Below, piece by piece: positions 49,714 through 64,000 of a stretch of 64,000 nucleotides of DNA (positions are counted from its first letter, which is position 1; each line of letters begins with the position of its first letter). The position numbers and the translations under genes are program-made. The notes under the pieces were generated by a model. It worked only from the letters and a program-made list of their open reading frames with translations, searched no databases and was not told where the DNA came from. The DNA is from the human T2T-CHM13v2.0 reference genome, Homo sapiens. Location: NCBI RefSeq assembly GCF_009914755.1, contig NC_060931.1; one strand, written 5' to 3'.

Positions 49714-50527
49714 AGTAGCTAGCAAACTTGCTCTCACAGGAAGTGAAAGGGAGCTGGACATGGGTGTTTAGAGTGTGCCTTTCCCAGGATACTTCTTTTA
49801 CCTGGTGCACGGCCTTATGCCTCTGCCTGTGAGCAGAGGGTCCCTCACATGGGAAACTTGTTTATACTGGCAGATGCCCTTGTGGTTCTTGTCTGACCCT
49901 TGCCCAGTGTGTGCTTGCCTGAACATTGCTGTAGGCTAGGAACCTGCCCTTGTGTCCCATTCCCCACCTCCCACCCCTCCCACATCCCAGAAAATCCAGA
50001 CCTGGGGCAGCCCCTGGTTCTTCAGATAGAAGGCAATCAATTCAATACACCATCATAATAGGAAACAAGTTCAACGATTTCTACTTACAGATCCTGGGCA
50101 GAGAGGCTGCAATGAATTGGGAGGGCAGCCCACCATCCTTGGGTCATGGAAAGCAGGAATAAACAGTCAGGTGGAGAGGGAGAGAGAGAGCGAGTGAGAG
50201 ACAGAGAGAGATTGAGAGGGCATGCGCATGCACTTGGCAACTTGCGGGATATATAAGGGGATAGAGTGTGGCATACTTTAAGTTCATGAGCAGATGCCTG
50301 AATGGTCAGTTCAAAAGAAGCAGTGGGAAAAATGGAATGCCCAGTCTGCTGGACAGGAGAGGTGCCTCTAAGTTCTTATCTCTGGTCACTAGCTTGAAGC
50401 TTTTGGGTGTGGTATAGAACTCAAAAACTGTGTCATGTGTGACTGAGCCCTGCTACTGGTATGAGAAACTTAAATCTGTATTCCAAATGGATGCTGAGGT
50501 AACACAAAATTATAAGGATTCACTAGA
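49714..50527 (-). mobile_element. MER54-family (ERVL) LTR
   Basis: gcctctaagttcttatctctgg, gtgactgagccctgctactggtatgagaaa, aaatggatgctgaggtaacacaaaattataaggattcacta match the antisense MER54 5' end. Confidence 0.75.
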
Positions 50528-50567
50528 GTGGCCTGTGACCCGTCCAGATGCATGCACTATCTATGAT

Positions 50568-50938
50568 TGTAGTGGAGACAGTCACTATGGGTTCATTACC
50601 CTGCAGCTGCTTTCTGACACAAGGAATATGGCGTTTTCCAGCCTCTTTTGCAGTTAGTTTGGAGTCCTGTTGTCAGTGAGCTCCGTGGATGAGAAACGAG
50701 TCACTTCTGGTTGGAGGGACTTCAGAGCAGGCATGAGTTGTCATGCTCTCTCCTCCCTTACATGGTGACCCTGCAAGTCCTGTGTCGAGAAGCAAAGCTA
50801 CAGGGATGCTTGAGTCATGACTTGTGAAGGGGTTGGTCTGGAATGCTGATGGACTTGCTGAGGACTTCATGTAGTGAGGAATGAATTTGGGACATTGTTT
50901 AGCATAACCGATGCTTGTCTAAATAAACTGATACTACA
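50568..50938 (+). mobile_element. Old MLT1 (I/J-like) LTR
   Basis: ttttccagcctcttttgcagttagtttgg, gagtcacttctggttggagg, ends actgatactaca. Confidence 0.55.
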
Positions 50939-51889
50939 GTGACAAGGATATGTTCCCCAACAGCTTGAGAAAATCCTGAAGATGGATTCTGTTGGAACCA
51001 TGTTGGCTTATCTGTCATCTCTGGACTAATCAATGGGGACAGCAGGATAAGGTAGTATGACTGGCTCAATCTGGATTATGTGTGCACTCCTATGGCTAGA
51101 GGATAGGTCTGTTATGGGAAGAGAGGATGGGATTGCACAGACGAGGCTACTGCTGGGAGTCGTGAAGTTGTCCCAATTTGTGGCTACTTTATTAAACCAA
51201 ACAAGACAATGCTAGTAATCATAAAAACAGAAGTTATTGAAAATAAATAAAACCAATAAATAAGCTCAAAAATTCTTTTGTTGAAAGAGAAAATAAAATA
51301 GATAAGCCTCCAGCTTTGTCAAGAAAAGACAAACACAAACACAGATTTAGAAATGAGAAATCAGGAAAAGGATATTGGCCATATCAAATTTGAGCGGCAG
51401 CTTTATGCTAATTGTATTGAAAAACTTTGTAAAATATATGGGCCTTTTTCAGAATGTGGCGACATAATTTTGAAAGTCATTTATAATAATAAATGGAAGA
51501 AAATTACTAAGAATATTTTGAAAAAGAGATGGGGGATGACTTTCTTTACTCATTAAAACATAAAATCATAAGTAAATTATACTCACATAGGAATTACTAG
51601 GTTTTTCCTTACTGTAGAATATGTCAAATCTAATATATGATTTTTTTTACAATATATATCTTCTCTTTTAAGCACATCATTTGAATTTGGATTCTATTTT
51701 CCACCATACATATAATTTATAATTCACTAAACATATTTTTATTTTTAACTGATTTCAGGACTCACTGCTAATCTATTTTTCGATGTTTATAATCATTTTT
51801 AAAAGTTATTTTTTGATTTAATCTCAGTTTTCCACAACAGTTATCACCATTTGATATATTATGTGTATTTATTTGGTTTTTTGTTTAAT

Positions 51890-52590
51890 GCTTTGTTTTC
51901 AAGATTCATCTACATTGTTGTGCAGAGTAATAGTTTATTCATTTTCATTAAATGTATACTATTCCATTAAGTAAAGATATTACAATTTATCCATTCTACA
52001 TAAATGGATGTTTGGGTTATTTCCACTTTTTTGGTGGTTATTACAAATAATGCTTCTATGAACATCACTCTATATGTATATGGGCACACATAAGTATGCA
52101 TTTCTGTAAGATATACACCTAGAAGTAGAATTGGCAGGTAATAGTTTACAGGTATGTTGAACTGTACTGAAGAATTCAGCTTGGCTTCCTGTGTGGTTGT
52201 ATTTCATTTTAAAGCAAGCTAGCAGGTGTGTAGTGATATCTCCTTGTGGTTTTAATTTGCCCTGCTCTGATTCCTAATGAGGTTGAGCTCCTTTTCATTT
52301 GTTTATTGGCCATTCGAATTTCCTCCTTTGTGAAGTGCCTATTCAGATGTTTAGTCTTGGTCATCTGACTTTCTTACTGACTTAGGAGTCCTTTGCTTAT
52401 TCTGGATATAATGTATAATACAAAAAAAGCTACTCTGGATATAATGTGTAATGCAAAAATCTACTACTCTGTAGCTCAATGATCTCTTTTGATGAATGTG
52501 TTTTTTTTTTCTTATTTTAATGATAAGTGCTTAAATCTTTTCTTTAAGGGTTAGTGATATTTATGTCTCTTTAAGAAGTCTTTTATCTAG
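51890..52590 (-). mobile_element. L1ME 3' region
   Basis: aagattcatctacattgttg, gatatacacctagaagtagaattg, tcctcctttgtgaagtgcctattca. Confidence 0.7.
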
Positions 52591-52599
52591 GACCCCGAG

Positions 52600-53500
52600 C
52601 CAATCAGAAGGTGCTCCAAATATCCAAAACTAAAACAACTTGAGCAACAAAATAAATAATGATAGTATTGGTAGAACAATATATATATATGAACCAATAC
52701 AAATAAATAATTGAATAAATAAAAGGGAGGAAAGGACAGTTCTTCCTTATAGAAGAATATTAATTTTAAAATGAAGAAGATATTAGAAAATAAAAAATCA
52801 CTGTTAGGCAAACACTGCAATAATATTTGTTGTAAGCAGGGTCCCCTAGTGGATGCTAAAATCAGTAGAGGAAAAACAGGATATTTCCTTTGTCGAAGTA
52901 TTTTCCCCAAATATTTATTAATTGCGAAGGGAAAAATAGTTAACTTTATAGTGGAGGAAGCTGGTAGACACCATCTTAGCCAGATGACCAGAGTTAAGAT
53001 CACAGGTTGTAAGACATACCATTCACCTCCTGGTACAATGAACTGAAAACAGACTGACATCACTTCTATGTATCTTGTCCAAAATGCATTACCTTAATAT
53101 AATCATGAGAAATCAATCAGGCAAACCTAAATTGAAAGACTGTGTATGAAACAACTGACTAGTATCTCCAAAAATGCCAAAGTCATGAAAGACAAGGAAA
53201 GATTGAGAAATTCTCATAAGTTGGATGACACTAAGGGGACTTAACTAAATGCCATGTCGGACCCTAGACTGGATCTCAGAATAGAGAAAAGACATTTGTG
53301 GAAAAACTGGTGAAATTTGAATAAGGTCTATAGTGTGGTTCATGGTATTGTACCAATATTAATTTCCATTTTGATAATTGCACTGCGGCTGTGGATAATG
53401 TGAAGATGAAGGAGGCCTGGGGAATGGGTTTAAGAAACTCTCTGCATTATTTTTCTTTCAGCTCTTCTGTAACTGTAAAACTGTTTAAAAATAAAACATT
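52600..53500 (+). mobile_element. L1MC-type 3' end
   Basis: aaaatagttaactttatagtggaggaagctggtagacaccatcttagccag, aaagtcatgaaagacaaggaaagattgag, ggaaaaactggtgaaatttgaataa. Confidence 0.8.
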
Positions 53501-53869
53501 AAAATTTCTGTGTTCTTTATTTCTGAGGTCAGTTTGGTTGGATGAAAAAACTTTGGCTTTTATTTATTTTCTTAAGTATCATAAATTGTTACTCTGTTGT
53601 CTTCTATTATATCACATTACTGTCAAAAATAAAATGACAATATGATTTTCTTTCTCCTGTCAGTGACTTGGTCTTTTTGTCTGGATATGCAAAATATGCT
53701 TTAAAAAAATTGTTCAAAGTTTGATACAATTACTAGACTACGTCTTGATATTGGCCATTCTAGATAAATTTTCCCAACACTTTTAAACACGGAATTTTAA
53801 ATTTTCCCAACTCCTTTAAACATGGAATTTCAAATTTTGAAATTTACTTTTTCAGTGAAGTTTTCTCCA

Positions 53870-55440
53870 ACCTTGTATTAAAAAAATCCTAGCATTCAGA
53901 AAAATTGAAAGAATGTTAAAGTGGACATCTATATATGCTTCACCTATATTTGCTAATTGCTAACATTATACTACATTTGTTCTATATCTCTGTCTATACG
54001 TGTATGTATATTGTTTACTTGTTTATATTTGGCAAGAATTTTGAGTTTCTGATGTGAGGATACCTCATCCTTAAATATTTCACCATAGGTCTTCTAAAAT
54101 GAGAACATTCACCTATTATTAGCACAACATAATTATTACACTAACATTGATAAAGTACTGTTATTTAAGTTATATTTACATTTTCTGAATTCTTTCAACA
54201 ATGTTCTTAATAGCTTTTTCTTCAATCTAGGTTCCAATAAAAGATCACACATTGCATTTTGTTTTCACATTTCTTACCTCTTATTTTTATTTTATTTAAA
54301 AAATTTATATAGCTTTAGGGGCCCAGGGGATTTTTGGGTATGTGGATAAATTGTATAGTGCTGAAGTCTGGGCTTTTAGTGTACCCATCATCTAACTTGT
54401 GTACATTGTACTCAATTTTAAGTCTTTGATTTAGAGCAGTTCCTACAGCAATTATACAAGGTTGAACCATCGAAGGGACTCACAAGACCTCATAGGGCAT
54501 ACTCTTATAGAGCTTTAGGAAAGTAGAGGATACAGTACAGCAGGAGAAAGAAGGCACAAACATCAAAGAGGTCCAAGCTTCCAGGCACAACTCACAGGGT
54601 TCTTGGTCACATTGTGTGTGCTTCTTCAGGTCATAAATTACCAAGACCCACACAAGGAACCTGGTCTCATATGCCACAGTTTATCCCATGGGAGTCTTTT
54701 ATAACCCTGAGATCATACAGCCAAAACCAGCCTACAGGAGTCTCAGGAGTCATCCGATGTCAGTTTGCCATTATTACAAATATTTGTTGTGATCACTCAT
54801 CTGCCATATTTCCTCATTGTAAAGTACTTTTTCCCTATTTGTAATAAATTACAACTGAGCAATGATACCTAGAGTCTATGTGAATATCTTGTTTCCCAAC
54901 ACATTTTCACCCAAGAGATTTCACATTCATTGATGGTCCTCATGTGAATCAGTTATTATAAGGTGGATGCAAAATGGTGTTTTTAGAGTTCTGTTATTCT
55001 TTCTACATTTAATAGTTTGAATTATTTTGTAAAGAAGAGCCTTTTATTTTCCTTCTTTCTCCCCACTTCCCCCACCTTTTGAGGGTCCTATGGATTTATT
55101 GGAGTTATTAGTATTTTTAAAATTAAATAAAGTTAAACATATTATAAGTTATTAGTATTACCCTTTATGATGTTCAAATTCTCCCAATTTCTACCTATGG
55201 AAGCCCCTTTAAGCTAACTCCTGAGTCCTGCCAACATATCCGCATTCATTTTTTTTGTGTTTTTCTTACTTTATAGTACAACAAGCCATTCTGTTCTCCT
55301 TGCACCAGGCCTGAAAGGTTGTTTCTTCAAGGATCCCTGAGATTAGAATCCAAGATCTGGGTAAATAGGTGTGCTCATTGCCCCTGGGGTGTCATTACTT
55401 CTAGACCCGTTCAGTGGACAAATCTAGGAAATGTATCTTT
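53870..55440 (-). mobile_element. L1MC4/5-like 3' fragments with an LTR-like insert at ~54450-54770
   Basis: gatcacacattgcattttgtt, tgttcaaattctcccaattt, ttagaatccaagatctgggt. Confidence 0.55.
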
Positions 55441-56064
55441 TAAAATTAAGTACTGTAGTGAATGCTGTGGTGCTCCATCAAGATACTTTCTTCATGCCTC
55501 CTTTTTAAGTTATTAACTGTGAACCTGTATGTCTCTACCACTAAATTATAATAAGGTGCACAAAAGCATGAGTTACATCTTGTTTATGCTTATAATTGTT
55601 AATATCCTGGATAATTGCTGGGCACATAGAAGGATATCTGTTAAGTTGAAAAGACTCTTTTCTCCTGTTCAGTCTTCATCAGTGGGAGTTAGCTAATGTC
55701 TATATGGTGACCTTTGTTGCAAAGTGAATTTGCTGATGATGTGAAATGGAAGCAATTAGGGCACTTTAATTTTCTTATTTTTGCTAAAGTGGTCCACGTA
55801 CAAAAAATATTTGAGGGCTATCGCTGATTTAATCATTTGCATTTGTGAAAAAAGAAATATGAATAAGGTCCATATAAAGAGGTTTAAATGAGTAAGACTA
55901 ACAGTTCTTAATAGTCAGTGGTTATTATTCTGGGGCCATAAAATACATCCAATATTTTGTTTATACCAATATCCTCTATCTCAATTGGCACAATCAAATT
56001 TAAGTAAAGATTGAGCAAATTTTCAGTATATTTGATTCCTTAAGTAATCATAGTCTAGAAAGCC

Positions 56065-56315
56065 AGATATTAATAGCCACCATTTATAAGCATTTACCAA
56101 TTAATTAATGCAATTGAGTTAGCAGATTTCACAGACTGATAGATAGATCATTTATTCATCCCAAGACATTTGCAAGGCAAATAGTAGTATCCCTGCTTTT
56201 ACAGTGCAGCATGTATAAGCAAGATAGTTAAGTAAAATGCAGATGACCCCATAAGTTGTAGAAAGAGGATTTAAAGTCAGGTCTGTCTGAACCTAAGCCC
56301 TACTCTTTTCACTAT
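56065..56315 (-). mobile_element. MIR
   Basis: taatagccaccatttataagcatttac, tagtatccctgcttttacag, ggatttaaagtcaggtctgtctga. Confidence 0.7.
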
Positions 56316-56785
56316 GGAACATGGTGTATTTGAGAAACTCAGGTGTACAGAATATATAAAATGTCTGAAGGTCTCAATGACTCACAGGGACCAGTCTGTA
56401 CTGGATGAGTTAAAGAGCTGTTTCCTGAAGCTGCATCCCTCTGTACGTGGCACAGCATCCCCCTATCACCCGGTGCTGTGAGTTTTAGGAAAGAGGACAT
56501 TCCCTACTCAAGGTCTCCCTGCAGCTTGACCTTCCAGAAGCCCCATGCTTTGCCCCTTCTGCGGAAGGCCTGATATTTCCCTTCTCACTTTCTGACACTG
56601 GCAGGTTCTTTTTGTGGAAGGCACCTATGCTGGGGTGGAGCACACATGGGGCTCCACCTCAAGTAATGGTACTGATTGGGTGAGTGCTTGGGTCCTGACT
56701 GTTTCCGTAACATGAGCTCTGGGAGAAGGAAGTTGGGTTTGGATAATCCTGTCCTAGTTTTTGAGATCAGCATTTCACCTCAATA

Positions 56786-57092
56786 TAGTAGTTCCCCTTA
56801 TCTGTGGGGGGTAAATTCCAAGGCTCCCAGTGGATTCCTGAATCTGCGGATTGTACTGAACCCTATATATACTATGTTTCTTTCCTTGCACACATATCTA
56901 TGATAACATTTAATTTATAAATTAAGCAAAGTAAGAGATTAACAAAATAATAAAATAGAACAATTTTAGCAATATACTGTAATAAAAGTTATGTGACTGT
57001 GGTCTCTCTTTCAAAATATCTTACTGTACTGTACTGTACCATAGGAAACTGAAATAGAGGAAAGCCAAACTGTGGATAAGGGGGGACTACTG
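56786..57092. mobile_element. MER44A (TcMar-Tigger MITE)
   Basis: TIRs tagtagttccccttatctgtgg / tgtggataaggggggactactg flanked by TA. Confidence 0.88.
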
Positions 57093-57584
57093 TACTTCCA
57101 TGTATTTAAAAATCAACTTTATTGAAGATTAATTTACATACTTCCTTATATTTTGGCAGGTTTCCTTTCCCTCCTTTTTTCCTGATTATCATTATACTAT
57201 ATATTTATTGTAAAAATGCAAATAATTCAGAAATATAAGACAGAAAGTATAAAGTTTTAAAATTCTTTAAAAATCACTATTTGTTAGGTACTTACTATGT
57301 CCCATGTACTTGACATGTATATCCTCATTGATTTCTTGCAACAACTCTGTGAATGGAAATTATCATTCCTATTTTGTAGGATTTTTTAGGATTCTTCTAA
57401 TCATTGCATTGGGTTGCACTGAACACTTGCTTAGCTGACCTGCGAGCTTTCTCACTTTGACTCTGTCCATTGGGGTCTTTTCTCCACATGATCTTTATTA
57501 GAACCTTTTTCCCCTCTTTGACTTCAGTTGTATCTCTTTTTTAAAGACATGTATGGTGAGGTACTCACTAGCTAATAAGCTTTA

Positions 57585-57908
<324 letters not shown>

Positions 57909-59714
57909 AAAGTAATATTTACTTACATAGCTGCTGTGCCTACATAAGATTTTAATGAGCACAAAATGTGACATGGAGTTGTTAAGTGGTAAATCTTTAT
58001 TGAATGAATGAATTAATGATTTTAGCTGGCAGCCTCTCTTTATGCATTCTCATTTGGTCTTATTAAAAAATATATAATTCGTTTGAAATGGACAATGTAC
58101 ACTGTTCCCCTGCTGAATTCAAGTCATGAGTTTCATACTAGTGATTGTTTACATAATAATTTACTAAAAATAGTAAGAGTTTAGGATTTTTTTATGTGCT
58201 CTTTGAAGAAGCCAAGTGTGTTTTTTTTTATGTATTAATGTTGATTTGTCCATCCTACTCTGTTTTTACCATTTCATGCGGGCACTTTCTCTCTTGCACA
58301 GTTTAAAGCTTTCTTGCTCTCTTCAGGAGTATATTGCCAAAAATTCCTTATCAGTTCTCGTTAGACACCCTCTGCCTTATGCTGGTAGTCATCATGTTGG
58401 CATTGTAAAATGTAGCTTAAAAGTCCAATCCAGTTGTTCACTTATTCCAACCTCTTCTTTCTTCCACAGTCAGAACCTTCATGGGGGAAAAAGAGTTGAA
58501 AACACCCCCTGAATCTCATTTGCTTTCCTCTTCAGGTCCCCTGGGGCTGTACTCCAGGTTTCCCTGGCTTTGCATTTGTTCTCTATGAAATTATGTAAGC
58601 AGGAACAGCCCCAGGTGCTTGGAATGCTTGGTGGCTTCCTTCATGAGTGGGTTTACACATGGTGACAGAAGAGGGCAGCTGCTGGGGCAGCAATTTTTGT
58701 CTCTCCAGGGTCTCCACATGGACACCTTGTTTCTCCTTTGGATCTTCATTGGCCCTGCAATGAGTCAAACTTGCTAAACCCTGTGCTTCCCTCTGCCCCA
58801 GCCACAATCTCAGATGGAGCCTGACTTCAAATCTCTCACTGGTTGGTGGTTTGACCTTGAAGTTGGTAGACCTTGTCTGATCACCTGGGAAATGTAAGTT
58901 ACTTCAGAGAGAGAATCAGTGAATTGTGAGTTGTGGGATCACAAGTCTAAAAAAAAAAAGCAGCTACAGGAGTTAATTATGCTAGTGTTTCTCCACCCAT
59001 TTTGTTGATGAAAGAGCTTCCACATCATTGCCTGTCAGTCTAAGCATTGAGGTAAAAGACTCTCCCTTTGAAAATAGTCATTATATGAAAGTCTGGGAAC
59101 CAGTATCAATATTTATTAGGGGGCACACACCCATCCTGTCCTGTTGTATCACAGATTTATAGCACAACCGTTTATCCTGGACTCCCTAAGCTCTTTCAAG
59201 GATTGTGTTAAAATTAAACCTGTCAGCTGTTCCTTGGGAGGATAACAAACTTTTAGGCATTCCTGTAGCTGACTTGCCTGCAAATGTATGGAAGTAGTTT
59301 CTTTAAAAAAATCTCTACTTAGCAAAACATTTCTTCTTTCATTTCTTTTATTTCCTCTTCCCCTGTGGTTCCTGGTGATTGATATTTGAATGTAGAGTTC
59401 CTCTGGGAAAGCCTGACTTATTCTTCTGCAACTACATAGGTTGAAAGAGGAGGAGATGTATGTTGCCCATTGTGTGAAGGGAAAAACAGAAAGATTAGCA
59501 ATCTCTAGAAGCTGTACCAGGAGGCATAATAAATGTACAACTGTGAAAGAAAGAAAAAATAAGCTTTCTTTTAAAAATATTAATTTTGGAGAAAGATTAC
59601 ATCAATCAGGAACATTAACAGAAGCTCAACATCCAATGCGAGGAACAAAAACTGATTTGATGATCCATGTGAACTGAAATTAGTGTCAGGGTGGATTTAG
59701 AAAGAACTAGCACG

Positions 59715-60220
<506 letters not shown>

Positions 60221-60279
60221 CTAACCTGTCAGACTGCCCCTGGAATATTGTGCTCAACCAAAGGACCACTTAGATGGTG

Positions 60280-60770
60280 AACAGTCTGGGCACTATGTTC
60301 TGTGGGAATTTTGAAGAAATAGGAGAACATTGGTTTTGAGAAGGGACATTTAAGGCTATGGAGGTACCTCATGGCTACATTCAGATATTTAAAGCCTTAA
60401 TAGATTAAACAAAAACTGAGCGTAAACTCAGGGTTGGGCACCATGCATGATGCTGGGGCCACGTAGAGAAGAATATGAATATGTCTCTGCCTTCTGGACA
60501 CTTTTCATGCTGATTCTACTCACTTCTAAGCAGCAAATTAGGAATAATGGTGGCAGGTATAAGAGAGAAAGATTTCAGTTTAATGAAAGAGGACCTGTCC
60601 TAAATTGGAAGGGGCTGCTTAGGAGTCTTTAGCATAGGAGAACCATGAGACTTTAGCTGCTCATGAAAGTTATCACGATAAGGGAACTTAGAGGTCACAT
60701 TGCAAGTATTCAGGAAAGACTGGATGATCCCTTGTTTGGGCTGTGCTTGGACGGAATTCTCAGTTCCCTT
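60280..60770 (+). mobile_element. L3/CR1 LINE remnant
   Basis: ttcagatatttaaag, aatggtggcaggtataagagagaaagatttcagttt, gtattcaggaaagactggatga resemble CR1 3' sequence. Confidence 0.45.
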
Positions 60771-60877
60771 TCTCTTCTCACGAATATGTGTTTCTGAATC
60801 ATAAGGTTTGAGAAAATAAAAGAGCACAGAATAGCCAAGTAATAAAGGATTCATAGTTTGAGTCAATTAAAGCATAA

Positions 60878-61070
60878 ATAATAATTGTTAATTTTTCGAG
60901 AGCTTACCAAGTGCTTGAGATGTTGGGCAGTATCTATCCTATGCAGTGCTACTATTTTATCTCCTTTTCACACCTGAGAAAACTGAGCTAAAGTAACTCG
61001 CCCAAAGTGACACAGCAGATACACTGCCATGTGACCGGAGGCTCATGCTCTACCCTCCAAGCTGTGCTGC
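60878..61070 (-). mobile_element. MIR
   Basis: ctccttttcacacctgagaaaactgag, aagtaactcgcccaaagtgacacagc. Confidence 0.7.
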
Positions 61071-63039
61071 CTTGCTCACCCACACTTTGCTTCATTTCTT
61101 AACTGAAACCTGCACTTGAGTGCCTTTCAGGAATGACACCTGCAAGGATTCTTGGGACTGTATTTAATTTGCTTCAACGTGCATAAGCTCATGTGAATGC
61201 ATACCAAATGCGATCAAACTGTGGGAATGTGAGTCACTGTGGAAAATTGTTTAGAGCAAGAATTTTTAACGAGAGGTCTATGTCTGCATTTATGTGTATG
61301 TGCATGCATGTGCATGGATGTGGGGACTTGCACACGTGACAGTCTACGAAGAGATTCTGTATCTTTAATTAGGTTCTCAAAGGAATGACTGATAGCCTCA
61401 CAACAGTGTAAGAATACTGACTTACGGTCTTCTCTAGCTTTGTGCAGCAAAGAGGGTCTGCCCATATATAAACTTTCATTCAGAATGGGAATCAGCTAGT
61501 TTAAAATGAAACGAAACAAACCAGCAGTTGAGGTTATTAAACCGATTCATTCTGATTGTAAAAGAGACATCTAGATGTAACCTTTTGGGACTCACATTAC
61601 TAGGTGTTTCAGATCCTGTGTGAGGAGGCATTTAATGGATGCTTCTTTTCCCTAAAGGAAGTTTGGAAATGCAGGAAGAGCACCGGCACTCACTTGGATG
61701 GGAGAAATGAGGATTACTCACTGGCTTTCCTTAAGCACCCCTCCCCTAGGCTTTTGCAATATTCAACATAGGAGTCTCTGAGTGATCATTTTCTTCCCAC
61801 ATCACTGCATTTTTCCTGCCTTCAGTCTTTGCCTAACATCATCAAGTATTGCATGCCAGCAGAAACAGGCAACAAAATAGAAACCGTGTAGATCAAAAGC
61901 AGTCAGATCTCCAAGTAGAAAAATTCATCTCCGTTTCTGAGCATCCAAAGATGCTTTCACCATTCTTGCTGAATGCTTTGATGCCAGATAACTGCAGGAG
62001 CATGAAACTCTCCTTGCATAATATCCACATACTCATTTGAGCTGTTGAGATGGTTCTTTGGCAGAAAAAACTTTTGCAGAGGCTACTGGGAGAAGAGAGC
62101 ACTTAATTTTATTAACTAGTATTATATTATGCATTTAATGATTACATTTCCATATTTCTATTAACACTACATAAAATACCAACACCATTTTGCCTTTTTA
62201 TTAACAGTCCATTCTCTTGCAAGAAACCAACCAGAAAAAAGAAATAAAATCAGGTTCTTTCAACCAATGAAAAAGATTACTTCCATTTGGAATCAGCCTT
62301 CTTTTTCCATGCTTAATTCTCACATCCACTCTGGAAGGATGTTCTCTTGCCTAAGTACTCATCACCACACTACATTAACTTACTGAAATCTCACTTATGT
62401 AACCTGCTTGGGATTCCCAGTATAGCTTTTGCAAATCGAGGTTTCTTAGTTGTTATCAGCAATAGTTCTTGATTTGTTAGCCATGAGGCTGTTGGTCAGT
62501 ACAGACTAGTTTTGTTATTTATCTCAGGGTAGAATAATATAGCTGATATATGTACAGTTTATCACAGTTTATAAACTGTCTTCATATTTGGATCTCTTCT
62601 GATCTTATTAAACATATTTGCTCAGAAAATAGTAAAACATTGCATTAGGTGATAGTCTTGCAAAAATATGCAGAAAGTGACCAGATGAATCTATCCTCAC
62701 CGGCGCAAGGTAGTTAAACAGCATATGTTTCTGAGTCCCTCCCTTAATTCATGCCTGGACACACCTTGTGAAAGACAGAGAGGCTGATGGAGTTCATTTC
62801 CATCATCAGCTCTTAAACACCATGAGAAACCCTTGTAGGGAGAGGTGAAGGAGTTTAGGCCCTGGTGAGAGGGGATGGACAGTTGCAATGGCTGCGGGGA
62901 TGGGAGAGGCCAGGACCCACAGAGGGCAGGGCCTTTGGGGAGATTCTGTCCTGACGGTTGCCCTGCATAGACCTTTGTTTGCCCTTCCTCTACTGTAATC
63001 TGATGGGATTTTTCTTAACAATGGCATCTTCTGATTGCG

Positions 63040-63790
63040 TAGGCTTTATTCCAGAAATGCAAAGTGACAGAGGAAATAGCAAGTGCAGAAACCTTGTGAT
63101 GGAATGGTGTTGACATGCTGGAGAATTTGCCAGGGGTCAGGGTGGCTTGGAAGAGAGTGAATGGGAAGGATGGTAGGAAAGGGAGGAAATGAGGGCATAG
63201 CAGTGATCAAGGGGGCAGATTTTGTAGAGGATCACTCATTCTTGGTGTGGCTCGGAAAACACTGGTGAGTTTCAAGCAGAAGAGTCACATGTATCGGACA
63301 TATATTCTAGCAGAAACATTCTGGCTTCTGTGTGGAAAACGGACTGAAACAGAACAGGGGGAAGCAAAGCAATGTTAGAGACTACTGCTGTAGCTCTGGA
63401 ATGTGAGAAAGGTGACTCACCATGGTGGTCCATGAGGTGGTGTAGTGTGGTTGGCCCAGGACATGCTTTCAGAGTGGAGCTGACAGGGTTTGCTAATAGA
63501 TTGGGTAAAGAGTGTGAGGACAGGAGAGGAATCAAAGATGCTCAAAGATTTTTGTCAAGGACAACTGGAAACGTGGAGGTGCCATTGACTGAATTGAGGA
63601 GCAAAGGGAATGAGCAGCTTGTGGAGGAAAATTAAGAACTTGATTGTGGGCATAGTCAGTGTGAGATGCCAGATGTTCCAATGGGACATTGAGTTAGCAG
63701 TTGGCTGTAAGCGTCTGGAGTTTGGGGGAGAGGTCAGGGCAGTACACATATATTTGAGGGTGTTAACATGGATATGGTATTAAAAGCCAG
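63040..63790 (-). mobile_element. L2 LINE fragment
   Basis: tttcaagcagaagagtcacat, tggagctgacagggtttgctaatagattgg, ggaggtgccattgactgaatt, gtctggagtttgggggagaggtcagggc. Confidence 0.85.
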
Positions 63791-63794
63791 GGGA

Positions 63795-64000
63795 GGCCGG
63801 TCACAGTGGCTCACGCCTGTAATCCCAGCACTTTGGGAGGCTGAGGCGGGTGGATCATGAGGTAAAGAGATTGAGACCATCCTGGCCAACATAGTGAAAC
63901 CCCATCTCTACTAAAAATACAAAAATTAGCTGGGTGTGGTGGCAGGCGCCTGTAGTGTCAGCTACTCAGGAGGCTGAGGCAGAATCGCTTGAACCCAGGA
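63795..64000 (+). mobile_element. Alu (AluSc-like), cut by the window end
   Basis: ggatcatgaggtaaagagattgagaccatcctggccaacat. Confidence 0.92.

Noticed and set aside
55730-55830. TGATGA...CTGA C/D-box snoRNA-like spacing
   Set aside because: No terminal stem and no recognisable rRNA/snRNA antisense element.

Overview
Hominoid (most likely human) repeat-dense DNA with no credible intact protein-coding exon; the ORF track is explained by Alu, L1, SVA, microsatellites and chance. About 15 Alus, several L1s (one ~7.7 kb apparently full-length L1MA1/2-type copy with TSD), one short SVA_A-type element, many solo LTRs (MER4, LTR12, THE1C, MER54, MLT1/MLT2, LTR16) and DNA-transposon fossils (MER5A, MER1B, MER20, MER44A) are present. 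The main result is a decayed ~1.84 kb processed pseudogene of SMIM14 on the minus strand (7520-9362). Its 5' end is an MLT1A-type MaLR LTR segment that starts at the expected LTR transcription start and ends at the LTR splice donor, which looks like a fossil cDNA of an LTR-driven chimeric SMIM14 isoform. Other points: a strong CTCF site with upstream motif next to a pair of NF-kB sites and a CpG-retaining patch (23.6-24.7 kb), an unexplained ~175 bp dispersed duplicate, a template-switch inverted duplication of an MLT1B end, and a MaLR internal fragment captured in a TA microsatellite. All repeat subfamily names come from recognition by eye, not from a database search. The locus itself was not identified.
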